64,000 nt of DNA from Zancudomyces culisetae HAW-14-8 (Eukaryota; Fungi; Kickxellomycota), in NCBI GenBank assembly GCA_052426225.1, contig JBNJNM010000011.1, positions 1,922,001-1,986,000 on the forward strand. Direction: 5' to 3'. The notes under the pieces were generated by a model, which did no database searches, was not told the DNA's origin, and saw only the letters and a list, made by a program, of their open reading frames with translations. Shown here piece after piece: positions 38,930 to 51,600 of this stretch. Each line of letters begins with the position of its first letter. Position 1 is the first letter of the stretch. The translations under genes were made by a program, and so were the position numbers.

Positions 38930-41897
38930 TAGGATTTTCTCAAAAAACTTCCACTAATATCAATCACGGTTCTCTAGAAGGGTGGTTATTACTGACACAG
39001 GATTTACCATTTCTAGCTAGTTAACCACTATCTATAAAACCCCCTCGGAAAGAACACAACTGGACAATTTCCACAATTTTTGGTAAAAATAATTTTATTT
39101 AAAAGAATTCCTCCCAAAACCTGGAAAATATAGCCAAAATGGCCCTTTCCTTACACTAAAAAAATAGTATTACGCCTCTCTATATATGTTTATTTTTACT
39201 TTTAGTGTGGTTTTGGTCGGATTTACAAATTTTTCAATTTATACTAATAATTTACTAATAAAATTGATTAAAAATAAATCCACTAATAAAGTATAAAATC
39301 GATTCGACTAAAAAATAAATCAATTTGTACTATTAAATTGGCTGTAAAGTTGACAAAAATTTATGACATGGTCATAATTTTTGTACTCTAAATTGAATTG
39401 CGCAGGAAACAATTTTTTCAAAATTGATTTCTCTGCTATTTTGCTGCAATGAAAGCGGTAAATTTAAGTTGATGCTTTTGCATACAACATGCTGTGTTGT
39501 ATAATTACATGTTTAACCTCCTACTGAGTAATATAATTACCCAGTATTATACAGGACGGGACTTTTATTAGTATATATTAGGACTATATTTATTTTGGGA
39601 GAAAAAGACAATTTATTAATTAATTCAAAACTAGACTATTTAATGCATAAAATAATACTTATTAAATTAACCAATAAAATACAAGGAAATACAGGTATAT
39701 AATTCCACTATATAACAGCTTGTAATATTTTATTTATTATTTAAAATATTTAATATCCGTTATGGGTAATAAGTGTCTAAACACCTTGCTATTTACTTTC
39801 AAGAGAGAGTTTAAACTATCTTGTTGCGTAACTAACAATTATGGAGGCGTAGACAGTCTTTTTTATTAAATTATATTATTTATTTATTTCGCTTATTAAA
39901 TATATAAAATATATAAAATATTAACTTCTATCTAAAAATTAACTCAATAAAAAATTGATAACAAAAGAACCTATTATCAGAGAAGTCAGATAAAACCCTC
40001 TTCGGGAGAAAAGTCCAATCTTCTCACAAGTAAATAATAACTAATAAATAATAAACGAGAAACTGGTATTACCTAATATTGTAGTCCAGGGGTAATCACG
40101 TCAATTTTATATGACATGCTTTGTCGAATAAACAGCTTTCCGTATTGTTTATTCTTATTATGATTATTAATGTATTTAAAACTACTACTATATTGTATAT
40201 TTATTTATAATGTTGTACTTATAGTATATATTGTAGCTAGACACAATAATATTTTGTTGAAAGATAATTTTTATTTAGAATATAGTGGGGGATTCCTTTT
40301 ACCCCCGATGTCTGATATAAAACTATGAAACTATAACTTAAACTATCTAACTAATAATCGTTGGACAAAAACCACAAGGGGAAAAAGGTCCAATCTAATA
40401 ATAAAGATAACCTATAAAAATCAATAACTAGATAGATAAAAATTGAGATGATAAATCTCAATCAATTTTAGTTCCCATCGTATTAATATACGACAGCTTG
40501 AAACGAGTTGGTTCTTTATAACCCCTTAATTAAAAACTGTTATTTACCTTGATAACTAAATATGTATTTAACTATATTTATTCAAGTTTAAAATTATATA
40601 AGTTATAGACTTCTAGTAGATAGATCAAAACTGAATTTATTGATATCTTTCGACTTACTGAAAAACTTCAAGTATTTATAACTTTAAAACTAACTAATAC
40701 TTAATAAACTACTATAAAACTATATAATAATTAAAACTTATTTTTTTTTTTATTAATTCTAATCTAGAAAAAACCCGAAGATCAAAAAAACTAAACTAGA
40801 ACCTTGTAATGTTAAATAAACTAATTATAAACCTTAGCAGATCATATATTTTGACCTACAATATTAATAATAAAAATAATATAAATAAACAAACCTAATT
40901 GAAGTGCCGATTATATCGTGGTTAGAGGTGATCTACGCCACTATATAACATGCTGTGTCGTATAGTAGAAATGTTTTACGTCCTACTTGAAAGCTATTGG
41001 CTTCCAAGCACTACACGAGACGGGCCGCTAATAGTTACTGTTTATAAATATTTATATGTACTATTATTATATTCAAGTGACGACCAATTTATTTAACTAA
41101 AAATTTCATTGATTTAAATACTACAAAACCAACTACAAAAACTATTAAATAAATAACCAATGAAATAACACTAATAATTACAATAGATGAGAAATCTATA
41201 ACGTATAATATTTTATACGACAAAATGTTGTATGCTTAGTTCTATTCAAGCTAAACTATTGGATGAACAGCATACAGCTTCTCAAACACCGAATAACCAC
41301 CGTTATCTCGGGTGTTCGAGCTAGTAATCTGGGATTACTAGGGTGAAATTATCACCCAAAAAGTGAGTCAATATTAAGTTTTGATTATTTTATTTTAAGT
41401 TTCTATTATATAAAGTTCTAATAAAATAGCTAGTCAGGTACTAGTATATTACTAGTAACCTCACCACAAGTTTGGTGGTTTTATCTTTTTATTTTTAAAA
41501 GTTATTCATTAAATAAAATACAAATTAGCTCTAAAATACTTGATTTTACTCTATAAAATTGAAATTTGTGATTTGAGCAAAAACCTACCTAAAACCAAAA
41601 AAAAACATAGGTAGTGAAGCGTAACACAATTTTCAAAGGGTATCAGAAAGGTATCAGAGTCTAATTTTTGGACCAAAATTGATTGTTTTGCACACCAAAT
41701 TTTAGGAGTTGGGCGTGATTTTACCCAGTTTTATCGCATTTATTGAAGTAATAAATACATAAAACTAAATAAAATAAAAGCTATAAGGTAGAAACGACTG
41801 GTTAAAATAAAGTATAACTTTCTCCAGTAACGTTTCCCCTCTATTAGCAGAACTTTTTGTAGGTTTAGTTGCGGAAATTTCCTGAGAAATTTTATGC
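38930..41897. repeat. Long degenerate inverted repeat (arms ~38930-39260 and ~41540-41897) enclosing an AT-rich core with internal direct repeats
   Basis: 39143-39244 aligns with the reverse complement of 41551-41651. 39482-39690 is repeated directly at 40942-41170. Confidence 0.7.
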
Positions 41898-42196
41898 AAT
41901 CTAAAATTACAACACATGTCGTATGAAAAATTGTATATTGTATAAAAATATTGAGTGTATTACAGTACGACGAAGCTGTAATCACTATTACTTAATGTTT
42001 AAAATTGGTCCAGGACCTTCCTAAAATAACTAGTTAACTGTAGTTAAGAATCTTTTATTTAGTTATCGTTGGTATAATAAACGCTAGAAGAAAGAGTATA
42101 AAATCCCGAACAAGGTATCCTTAGACCTTGTCGTCGCTATTTAAGTAGTTTGTAATATAAAGTGCTATAAAATCCTAATAGTAATAAAGTAAACCT

Positions 42197-42272
42197 TTGT
42201 CTGATTGTTGCTGCACAAAGGAAAACCACAATGGTGAAAACAGATGTGCAAGCATCTGCAACAATCAGACAA
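42197..42272. repeat. Hairpin with a perfect 15-bp inverted repeat
   Basis: TTGTCTGATTGTTGC (42197-42211) / GCAACAATCAGACAA (42258-42272). Confidence 0.85.
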
Positions 42273-42349
42273 TCAGTATGAATAATAGAGATTTACAGTA
42301 AATTAACCTACTATACATTATGATCTATATATTCATACGACAACGACAA

Positions 42350-42422
42350 GGGGAACTAGCTCAAATGGTAGAGCGCTCGCTTAGCATGCGAGAGGTACGG
42401 GGATCGATACCCCGGTTCTCCA
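42350..42422 (+). tRNA. tRNA-Ala (AGC)
   Basis: GGGGAAC/GTTCTCC acceptor stem with G3:U70, anticodon loop TTAGCAT, and a GATCGA T-loop typical of eukaryotic tRNA-Ala. Confidence 0.96.
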
Positions 42423-42424
42423 CT

Positions 42425-42497
42425 GCCCGGCTAGCTCAATCGGTAGAGCGTGAGACTCTTAATCTCAAGGTTGCGGGTTCGACCCCCGCGTTGGGCT
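42425..42497 (+). tRNA. tRNA-Lys (CTT)
   Basis: GCCCGGC/GTTGGGC acceptor stem, anticodon loop CTCTTAA, GGTTCGAC B box, T-run terminator at ~42504. Confidence 0.96.
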
Positions 42498-43862
42498 TCA
42501 CTCTTTTTCTATTTATATTTATGTATATTTTTAGTTATCCGATGTTTAATCTGTTAATGTACTGGATATTTCGGTGTTGCACGGGGTAGTCATTATATTG
42601 CTGTTTGGAGCATTTCACTTTTTTTGATCGCCGTTTTATTAAAACTTCACTTCATTTTTATTGTATATTATAAATTTACTAGTTACATTATCTTTATGTT
42701 ATTACTTAAACGAAAAAAGTTTTCACTAGGTTCGTATATGTAAATTATACTCAGTTAAATTAGCTAAATTTGTTGCTTTTTCGTTTTTTCCCTTCTTATA
42801 TTTACTGATTGTTCAGATATTGAATTTTTTTAAATATAAATTCTAATATTGATCTCGCTATGTGTACATATGAGGCTTTAATCTGATAAGGAATTTAAAA
42901 TTATCCGCTGGCAGAAAGGATGTATCTGTTATACTACTATATATTATCTTCGGATCTAATTAATTCAAAATGATACTAGATATTCGCATTTTTATATAGG
43001 CGAGACATAATTTTATGAACAACCTATATATTCAATGTTAGATGGCAATTGATATTCGATCGATAAATCTAAGCGGGCAGCGAATATTAAATTATTTGAA
43101 TCCCCATTTTATATGTTCTCAATTCATATTAATTGATAGATATGCTTATCTCGGTTGATATTTTATACATACTTATATTTAATTACTAGCATGATATTAT
43201 AAATGTAATTTAACATTAAAAAAGCTACAACTCAAATAATTTGTGACCTGAGTATATCTGTCTGAATCAATGCTTACCTAACTTTGTAATCGCCTTAGCT
43301 GAAGAATTTATTAGATATTTATATCATCTACTATTTATTATAATACAATTTCATAGTACAGTGAAAATTTGACGATTGCAGAGTAACAAGTGATTATAAT
43401 GTCGAGTGATCGAGGTGAGCAGGGAATAATTTCTTCTTAACTGAATATATAATCACATCAAATCATATATTATATTAATTATAGTTTTTCCTAGTATTTA
43501 ACTTTGCGAATATTTATTTACATTTACATTAAAGTTGAGGTGATATTGTTATTATACAAGTTCTTAACTACTCAAGTGATCCCTTATTGATTATATCTTT
43601 AAAGCGTATATTTTTCAAACCACTATCAAATTATTAGTTACAATGGGTTTAATCATTTGAGTGGTTCAAATTGCTGACATGCTTACAATAATTTCCAATT
43701 TTGAGCAATTAAAACACCCCACTTTTTACTGGTTTCTGAAATACAAAATTAGATCATAAAACTACAATTATTCAACTTCAAAGTATATTTCAAATAAAAT
43801 TTCGATTTAAACGCATAATTTTGGTATAGCTATTCTAAAAGATCAAATGCTTAATCGTTTAA

Positions 43863-44372
43863 ATGGCGACACTTAGCAAGCAGTTGTACTATTACCTTCT
43901 ATTACTAGCTGAGGCATCAACTGAGAAGGTAAGCTGTTGGAAACTTGAAGATCTCACTTCCAGAATCCTTAGCTGGGTACGGCAATTGAGAAAATCCCTA
44001 CTATCATTGACTCGGCTTCAGGTTGATAAGGTGCTGGGACAAGCAGTGGAATTTTACGAAAATGACTTTCAAAACATGAGCAAGTTACACACAAGAGGAT
44101 TGGCAGCTGATGCAGAAACTGCAATTAAACAGAACGATTTGGAAAATCTACATTTGGACTTAGAAGCTGAATTATTAAAAAAGCTTTGGTTCAACCCGAG
44201 TTTACCATTAGAAATAAGAGCGTACATGGTTGTCATGCGGGACTCTGGGGTTGCGATTGAGAATGGAACGGTATTTGGTTTTGAATCAGAATTTCGTGGG
44301 TCTAATCTTCACAGTTTGCAGATATGCTCTTGCATAAACTCTATAGATGGTATGTTGAATGTGCTAAAATGA
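43863..44372 (+). CDS. Hypothetical 169-aa helical protein (orphan or gene fragment)
   Basis: GC-elevated ORF inside very AT-rich DNA with AAAATGG start; no family recognised. Confidence 0.45.
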   Translation: MATLSKQLYYYLLLLAEASTEKVSCWKLEDLTSRILSWVRQLRKSLLSLTRLQVDKVLGQAVEFYENDFQNMSKLHTRGLAADAETAIKQNDLENLHLDLEAELLKKLWFNPSLPLEIRAYMVVMRDSGVAIENGTVFGFESEFRGSNLHSLQICSCINSIDGMLNVLK

Positions 44373-45664
44373 TTGGGATTGAATAGCGTTGTTTTCTGCT
44401 AATCTGGCGTTACCTTGGCTTTGTATTATTTTGTTACAAATTTGTATTATGTAGTAAGAATTTATTTGCTATTTCAATTGTATATAGAAACTTCAATAAT
44501 GGTTTTGGTGGTGAGGGCTGTGAACGACAAAAATATATTTGTGTGCTGTCAGATGTGCTGACAGGATGCTATACTTGGATCTAAATTTTTATTGTATAAT
44601 GGGAATGATTTTGATAAGAATATATTCAGTTCTTTTAATCTTGTGCGTTAATTTGTAAATAAAATTATCCAATTTTTAAAGGATTGTGAGTTAATAAAAG
44701 GATAAAAATTCAAAACACTTTTATTAGTTTTAAAAAATCTCAAGGACAATAGATTCGAAATGGAAGCACAAGTTTTAAAATACCTAAAGACGGCAAGTAT
44801 ACATTAAATTCAGTATTTAAAACGATAAAGTTTTACAAAGAATGAATAATAAAGTTAAAAATAACAGTATATTTATTGCGGGATGGGATCGGATAGGCAG
44901 TAGAGCTGGGAATTGGAGACGGAGTGTACAATTATCAAAAGGTCGAGAGCATACAAAAAGATATTTTGGATTATAGTCTTAAAAAGCTCACATCAAACTA
45001 TAAGGAATATAAATGGATTGGTTAGTGAAACTATTGTATAAAATTATAGTTTGTGTAAATATAGCCAAAACTGGGCTAAACCAGACAATATGTATTCGGG
45101 TGTTACTATTTTGTAGTGAACTGTAATTTAATGAAAAGGACAAACGACAAACAGCACATCTCGAGTTCGACACTGTGGAATCCCGAAACTGATGGTAAAT
45201 CTTCTCAATATACACGAATTTGCAACAGTATAAAGGAACAGGGGGGAGGGGGGGGTATATAAGAATAAAATCGGGGTTTTTATACTATTACTGTTTCTTT
45301 ATTATAGGAATGACAAAGTATGAACACTCTACGCCGTCTCAAGATATAGTAGTTACAGCATATTGGTTTCATTATGCTTAAGAATTTGTATGATTAATTG
45401 TTGACAAAAAAATATAATTAATAAAAAACCACCAAGTAAAATGGATTGTAAAGAAAATAAAGCTTGTAATAATCGAAGCCAAGTGGTTCGGTGGTGGTGT
45501 GTATGTGTGTATGTATTTATGTGTAGTACATGTTTTGAAAGGAAAAGTGAGTATTTCGCACTTCTGGATTGGTATTTTCAGGATTATTTTATAAAGTATT
45601 GATATTCGAATAGTTTAGTACAGTTTCTATTCACTGAGATTATCATATATAGAAAAACAAATAG

Positions 45665-48600
45665 TTAGCAAATCCTAGCGATTTTGTCGTAGCAAAGCTT
45701 TGAAAGTTCGTATATATCGTAAATGTCAGCGTCATCATCGTCGTAAATGTCGCTAGGGGTGTTATTGTGGTGAGAATCGGGAGTCCTCGAACCAGTTGAG
45801 GTAGAGTAATTGTCATTTTTGGTGTCTAGGCTAGGTGGAGAGTTCGTAGAGTTGATGGGAGCAATGGAGGTGGATGAAATTGAAACAGATTCCAATTGTG
45901 AAGGAGTGCTCTTATGACTAGTGGAATTGCGTAAATGTTGGTTATTTCTAGAAGAATGAGAGGTGTATTCAGGAGTGAAGGAGCCATAGGTTCCAGAAGA
46001 AGCGGCAATGTTGGAGTGGGCAATGGATTTCTGCATCAAGTCAGACAACAAATCCATACAGAAATAGATTATGGAGTGGTGGCCAGTTAGCAGATAGATC
46101 TTGAGTTGCTCGAAAAAGCTGTCGGTTTTGTTGTTGGCCTGAGAGGAAAAAGAGAAGGACACAATCTTTGATTTTTTGCTTTTTTCTCTATCTGGCTGAT
46201 TGGGAGAAGAATTAATAGTTGTTGAAGTGGTTGGCAAACAAAAGCTAAACGCGTTGTTGCGAACATCGATTTTAAGCAAATGCAACAGAATAAACTTGAG
46301 CTCAGCAATAGAGACGGGAGAAAAGAGAGCAAAGTCTCTGTTGGCCACAAGTAAAGATCTGGGGTGTGCAGGGGATGAGGATGGAGGTGGATATTTGACA
46401 AAAGTCGACATGAGTAGGTATATTGACTTGAGCAAAAACTGGGCAGAAATCTGCGAAACCCAAAACGACACCGTAGGAATGGCACTTTTGACCTTTAACA
46501 GTGGTTTGTGGAAAACACAGCTACTGAATCTGCATAAATCCTCAGTGTCTTGGTTGGCTGTAGAGTTGATGTTTGCAGCAGAAGCATATGCGAGACAGCT
46601 AGATGAGGATGGAACTTCGCTGCTGACAACAAATAGCCAGTGAAGACCCAGCAAACGTATGGATTTTGCTACAAAACACATGTGGTTGTGTGAATATATG
46701 CCGACCAAAAGCTTGGATGTTTTAAACAACACATTAAATAAAAAGGTCGATTGATTGCAAAACCTTGGATGAGATGAAGTCGATGTAGCAGGAAAAGAGT
46801 TAAGATGCTGTAACGACGGTGGCGACGAGGAGTTGATATTGAAGGGAAACAGGTCGGTTTTGTTTAGCTGGCTAAGGTAGTGGTGAGGAATCCGATTATT
46901 ATTACTGCTGGATTTTGCGTTTGAAACGGGAGCTGAATTGGACGGGAGGATAGAACCCAATGCTTGGCGGGTTTGTTGTTTGTGACTTTGCTGGGTAAAA
47001 TCATTATCAATGGAAGCGGCCAGCTCGGCATTCGGATCGCAGCTGGTTTGGGCCAAAAAAGTCAACACAGCCAAAATGTAGTTGTTGAGCAGGCTGGTAT
47101 ACATATCATTAATATTGAGAAACAACTCGGGAGATGATTGAGTCATGCAGCTCGGAGGAGGACAACGTAGCACAACGGCAGGCCTGCGACTAGCAGAACC
47201 AAACATAGACGAGGCATATCCAAGGGCTGGGCAGAATACGTCAGAGGTAGCCAGCTCATGGTCGGTCAAGAACAAAATAAGTTTGAGCGAGTAGTTGGCC
47301 AGCATAAAGAACTCGTCGATAAGATTTGTGTTGTTGTTACTGTTGGAATTAGAATTGGAATTGGAATTGGAATTGGAATTGGATTCAAGAACGGGAACAG
47401 AAAATACAGAATACAAGTCGCCAAGATTGGCAAAAGTTACAGTCACAAGTTTTTGGAATGCAGCAATATTCTGCCGCCAAAAACCAGGCAACATTTTGTC
47501 ACCAAGACAATGGCTCATTGTCAGTGGAATGACCAAACTCTTGATTATTTTGGATGAATACCTCTGAGTGGTTAAACACACCACAAACCTAAGCTGAGCC
47601 AAACTGTAATCGTTCTTTTCAGCTAACGACTCGAGAATGGTTGTGGCTTGTGGTTGCAGGTGCAGGTCACCAGCTGAAACCGAAAGTGTGGACGATGTAC
47701 CTGTCATAATATCCATCAGATCTATTATCTGCAACAATAGCGTGGTAGCCTGTTCAGCTATTGCTACAATGTTTGCAGGATTGGTGAGAGGCTTTGGCTT
47801 TACAGAGTCAGCAGCCATCCACAACCGACACTGTTCCAATGTACTTGAAATAAAGGGAAGTTGGTACGCGTGCTGATCGCTAGATGCAAACGGGGTAACA
47901 ATTATATAGCACAGAAAATCAATAGCAGAAGCAAATGCGGCTGGAGTAGTTGCGTGTTGGAAATATGCCTTCAGAGCCTCGACGATGCTGTTTTGTAGCT
48001 TTGTGGTTTTAGACATGAGGTCTCCACACAGTAGAAATACGTGTTTTAGGGCATCAAAGTATCTGATTTCGATTGATTGGGCAAACAAGTACTGTAAAAA
48101 TCGCGGAAATTGATCCACTAGCTGACTGTAATCCTCCTGACTAAATACTACTGAGTGTCTTTGTTGTGGTGGCAAAGTGATACTGCTACCACACGTCAAC
48201 TCTACCAATGTAGCCACAGCATCCCAGCATACTTGCATGTGGCTATGTTTTAATTCGCAAAGCAAACGTAGTGATGTACCGACAACACTATCAACAATAC
48301 CCTTATTTACAAACTGGAGAGCATTTCTATCAATTGTAAGTAAATTCAATCCAGATTTCTCATCAACACTAGTACGAGTATTATCTTTGTCTATTGATTG
48401 AACATTACTGTTCAAAGAATCAGTGGTTAAATACTGGTACAGTACATCAATGGTTTCTGCAGGACTGGCTGTTCCAACAGACACTGCAAGAACAAAAGCC
48501 CACATTTTGGTAATTAATAGTTGCCGTGAATCTCCATCATGGCCTTCCTCTTGCTGGTAAGCATTGCTAGAAGCAACAACCATTCCCGTTCTGTTTAGTA

Positions 48601-51600
48601 CTGTAATCAGAGTTTCATCCCACGAACTAAGTCGCAACAACCGGGGGTCCTCCTGCACCAATCCGCTATCTCCTATCTCAAGCTTACTGCCTTTATCCTT
48701 ATCCTTATCCTTACCTTTCAATTTATCTGTTTCTTGAGATTGTATCCAATCTTGTGTTAAAACAAGTGCACGCTTGACAAGAATTTCCTGAACCATTGGG
48801 TATAGAATCTCTCGGATTACGACTAAATAATTTTGGGAATCAAGCTTGGATTGCTCTATAGTGTTGTACATAATCTGGATTGAACTGGACCGGATTTCGG
48901 GTCTAGAATCAACAGCCAGCTTCGAAAGAGCTTTCAACAATTCTAGATACAGAAATTGGTTTTGAACATCTGGATTTACACTTAAGTGATCACTGACATT
49001 CCACATCAAACTAATGGCCGTCAACGAAATATTCAAATCAGTCAACGTGTTTGCATACAAACCCAAAGTTTCAATACATCTAGAAATATCAGCATTGGAT
49101 AAATTGCCCAGAAAATCAGTCACCATCAATTGCAGATTCGACAGGGCAGTTTTGACCAACGCATCTCGCTGCTGTACATTATTAACAACGCTCTGAAGAA
49201 TATCAAACACTATTCCCCACGCCTCCTTAATCGACTGGCCATTTGCTTGAAGTAACTGGTTTAGTGTCGACAATGCTAGCTTCTGCATACCCAAAAATGT
49301 GCCGTACACACCATGACGCTGTGAACAGGTCAACATCTCTCGCAGTGGAATCAAAACCTGCATTTGTACATCGCCGCTATTCAGCATTTTGTGTGACTGC
49401 TGGTCGCTCTCCTCATTTGCTACTTTTACTATCAACGACATAGCTGTCAATACTGCCTCGCTTAGTGTTTCACTTGCCATGTTGCGGAATTGCTGTGGCG
49501 TATAAACATATGTCGATGTATCCAAAAGCTGGTATACAAACACCTCCCATAACCGTGTTGCTTTAGTTTCTTCTTGTGTATCGCCCGCAATGGTATTGTC
49601 CATGTCGGTATTTGATGTTGGTGCTTTACACATCAATAGCTTGGCCATGTGCCTTTTGGCTACATAGTCTAAATTTGTTATCGAAAAACATGTTCTATTC
49701 AGTGTTGCCTTCATTCGTTTGTTCAATACTAGCGTTTCTCTCATCCGTTCGGCTGCCCATTTGTCCTTTGGCCTAATTGGAATTCCACCTAAATCTGCAT
49801 TTAGTAAACACAGCGCTCTTACAAACCACCCAAACGCCTCGTCATCCAATTCTGAAACCAGCCCAAATAAAAAGTCTATTTCCGATATCACAAGCTCATG
49901 CTCTACAAATTCCTTCTTGGTCGCCAGCTGTTGCTGCAAATATAACTGCTGAACATTTCCACTGTTGTCCTGCTCTTCTTCCATTACTTGTGCTATATTT
50001 TGGTATAGAATTTCCTCGGCCTGCTGCAGTGTCACCACCACTAAATACCATCCAGCCCCAAGCACCGGACCTAAAAATCCTGCACTGTTGGCGACTGCTC
50101 CTAAACTTATCATATTTTTGCTGTTCATTCCAAATTGAATTCGCGTTACTGTTTCACTCACAAGTGCCTCACTCTGCTTTGATGCCTTTGCTCCTGCCTC
50201 CATATCCACATCCATATCCTTCGTTTCCGTTTCCGTCTCTGTTTTTATGTTTAACTTTTCTCTACTCCTTTCGTACTTGTTTTTTGTTCGTTCATGCTCT
50301 GAGATTTCCATATTTGGCAAACTGTTTTTACACAGAATACTCAGATATAAAACACTCCCCTTCTGCTGCCCAATCGAACCTAAGACCTTTGCCATGTCTT
50401 CTATCCCCTTCACTACCTCGATATACTGCGTCTCTTCCAACTCAATCACTCTTATCAGAAATGAAAACCCTCCCAACATTTCTGGCCAGCTGCTCTCCAC
50501 AATCTCTCGAAGTTTCTCCACATGACTCTTTTCCACTAAATCATGAATAAATCCCAATGTTTGCTTACTATCCAGCAGCACTAGTGTCCGTTTACTTTCC
50601 ACTTTGTCTTCCTTCCTTCGACTTTTCACCTGTACCGATCGTGTTGAGATTGGTAGAATGGTTCGTGACAATATTTGTGCCAATCCAATCAATATCTTCA
50701 TCCCAAGCTCAAACATTTCATCTGTTCCGGCCACCGGCTCTTCGCTTTTGTCTACCATATCTATGTACCGTTTGTAGATCTCCCTCCTTTTGCCTGTAAC
50801 TCCTACTCCACCCCGATGTTGTTGTTGTTGTTGCTGCTGCTGCTGTTGTTGTTCAACTCTTGATCTTTCACACATTTCAGGATTTTCAACAACTACTTTT
50901 CCAATACTCTTAATCATTCTATGTACGACTCTACTCGTTTTCCCCTTTGAATCATATGTTTCATATAAACTCGTAATCATCTTCTCATCTTTCAATAGCG
51001 TCCCTATAATTTCCGCCGCCAAAACCCTATAAAATATTGGTTTGCTAATAAGCCCCATCGATAACCTTGCTTTATGTTCATCCTCTTCGCTTTCTGAACT
51101 TTCTCGTTGATATGTTTCCCCATTCCCCTCACCATTGCACTCTGCAACCCGTCTAATCATACTCAAAAATATTTCACATTCCATCTCGTATTTCTTGTGA
51201 AGCCGTTCAATAAACCGCAGCATCATTCTACTTTGTCTAACTGCCACTCCAAATCCGTGCCGCTCAGAGTATGATCCTATCAATATCGGCGCCAACACCT
51301 CCCGCACCACTACTCCGACACTTTCATTATCGATAAGCACATCATACTGTACATTTATCACTCCTTCAAGAAGCTCCAGCATCAACTCTGACTCATCTCC
51401 TTCTGTTTTTATATACTTTCCTGCTTCCCCACTCGCCATCAAACACATGTCCGTCATTATCTTTATTGCATCTTCTGTATAATCGTACTCTTGGTCCTCG
51501 CCATTTCCCTCAGTTTTTATTTCTTTCAATTTAGTTCTATCAAATACTATCATTATCACCTGCCTCAAGGTTGCCGATGCTGTATTATATACTATACTGT

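Noticed and set aside
42320-42589. 89-aa ORF in the ORF track
   Set aside because: It reads through the two tRNA genes and is spurious
36000-43800. RIP-like mutation as the cause of TA-rich decay
   Set aside because: The stops in the repeat copy correspond to AGA/TGA and TAC/TAA differences rather than C-to-T transitions; RIP indices were not computed
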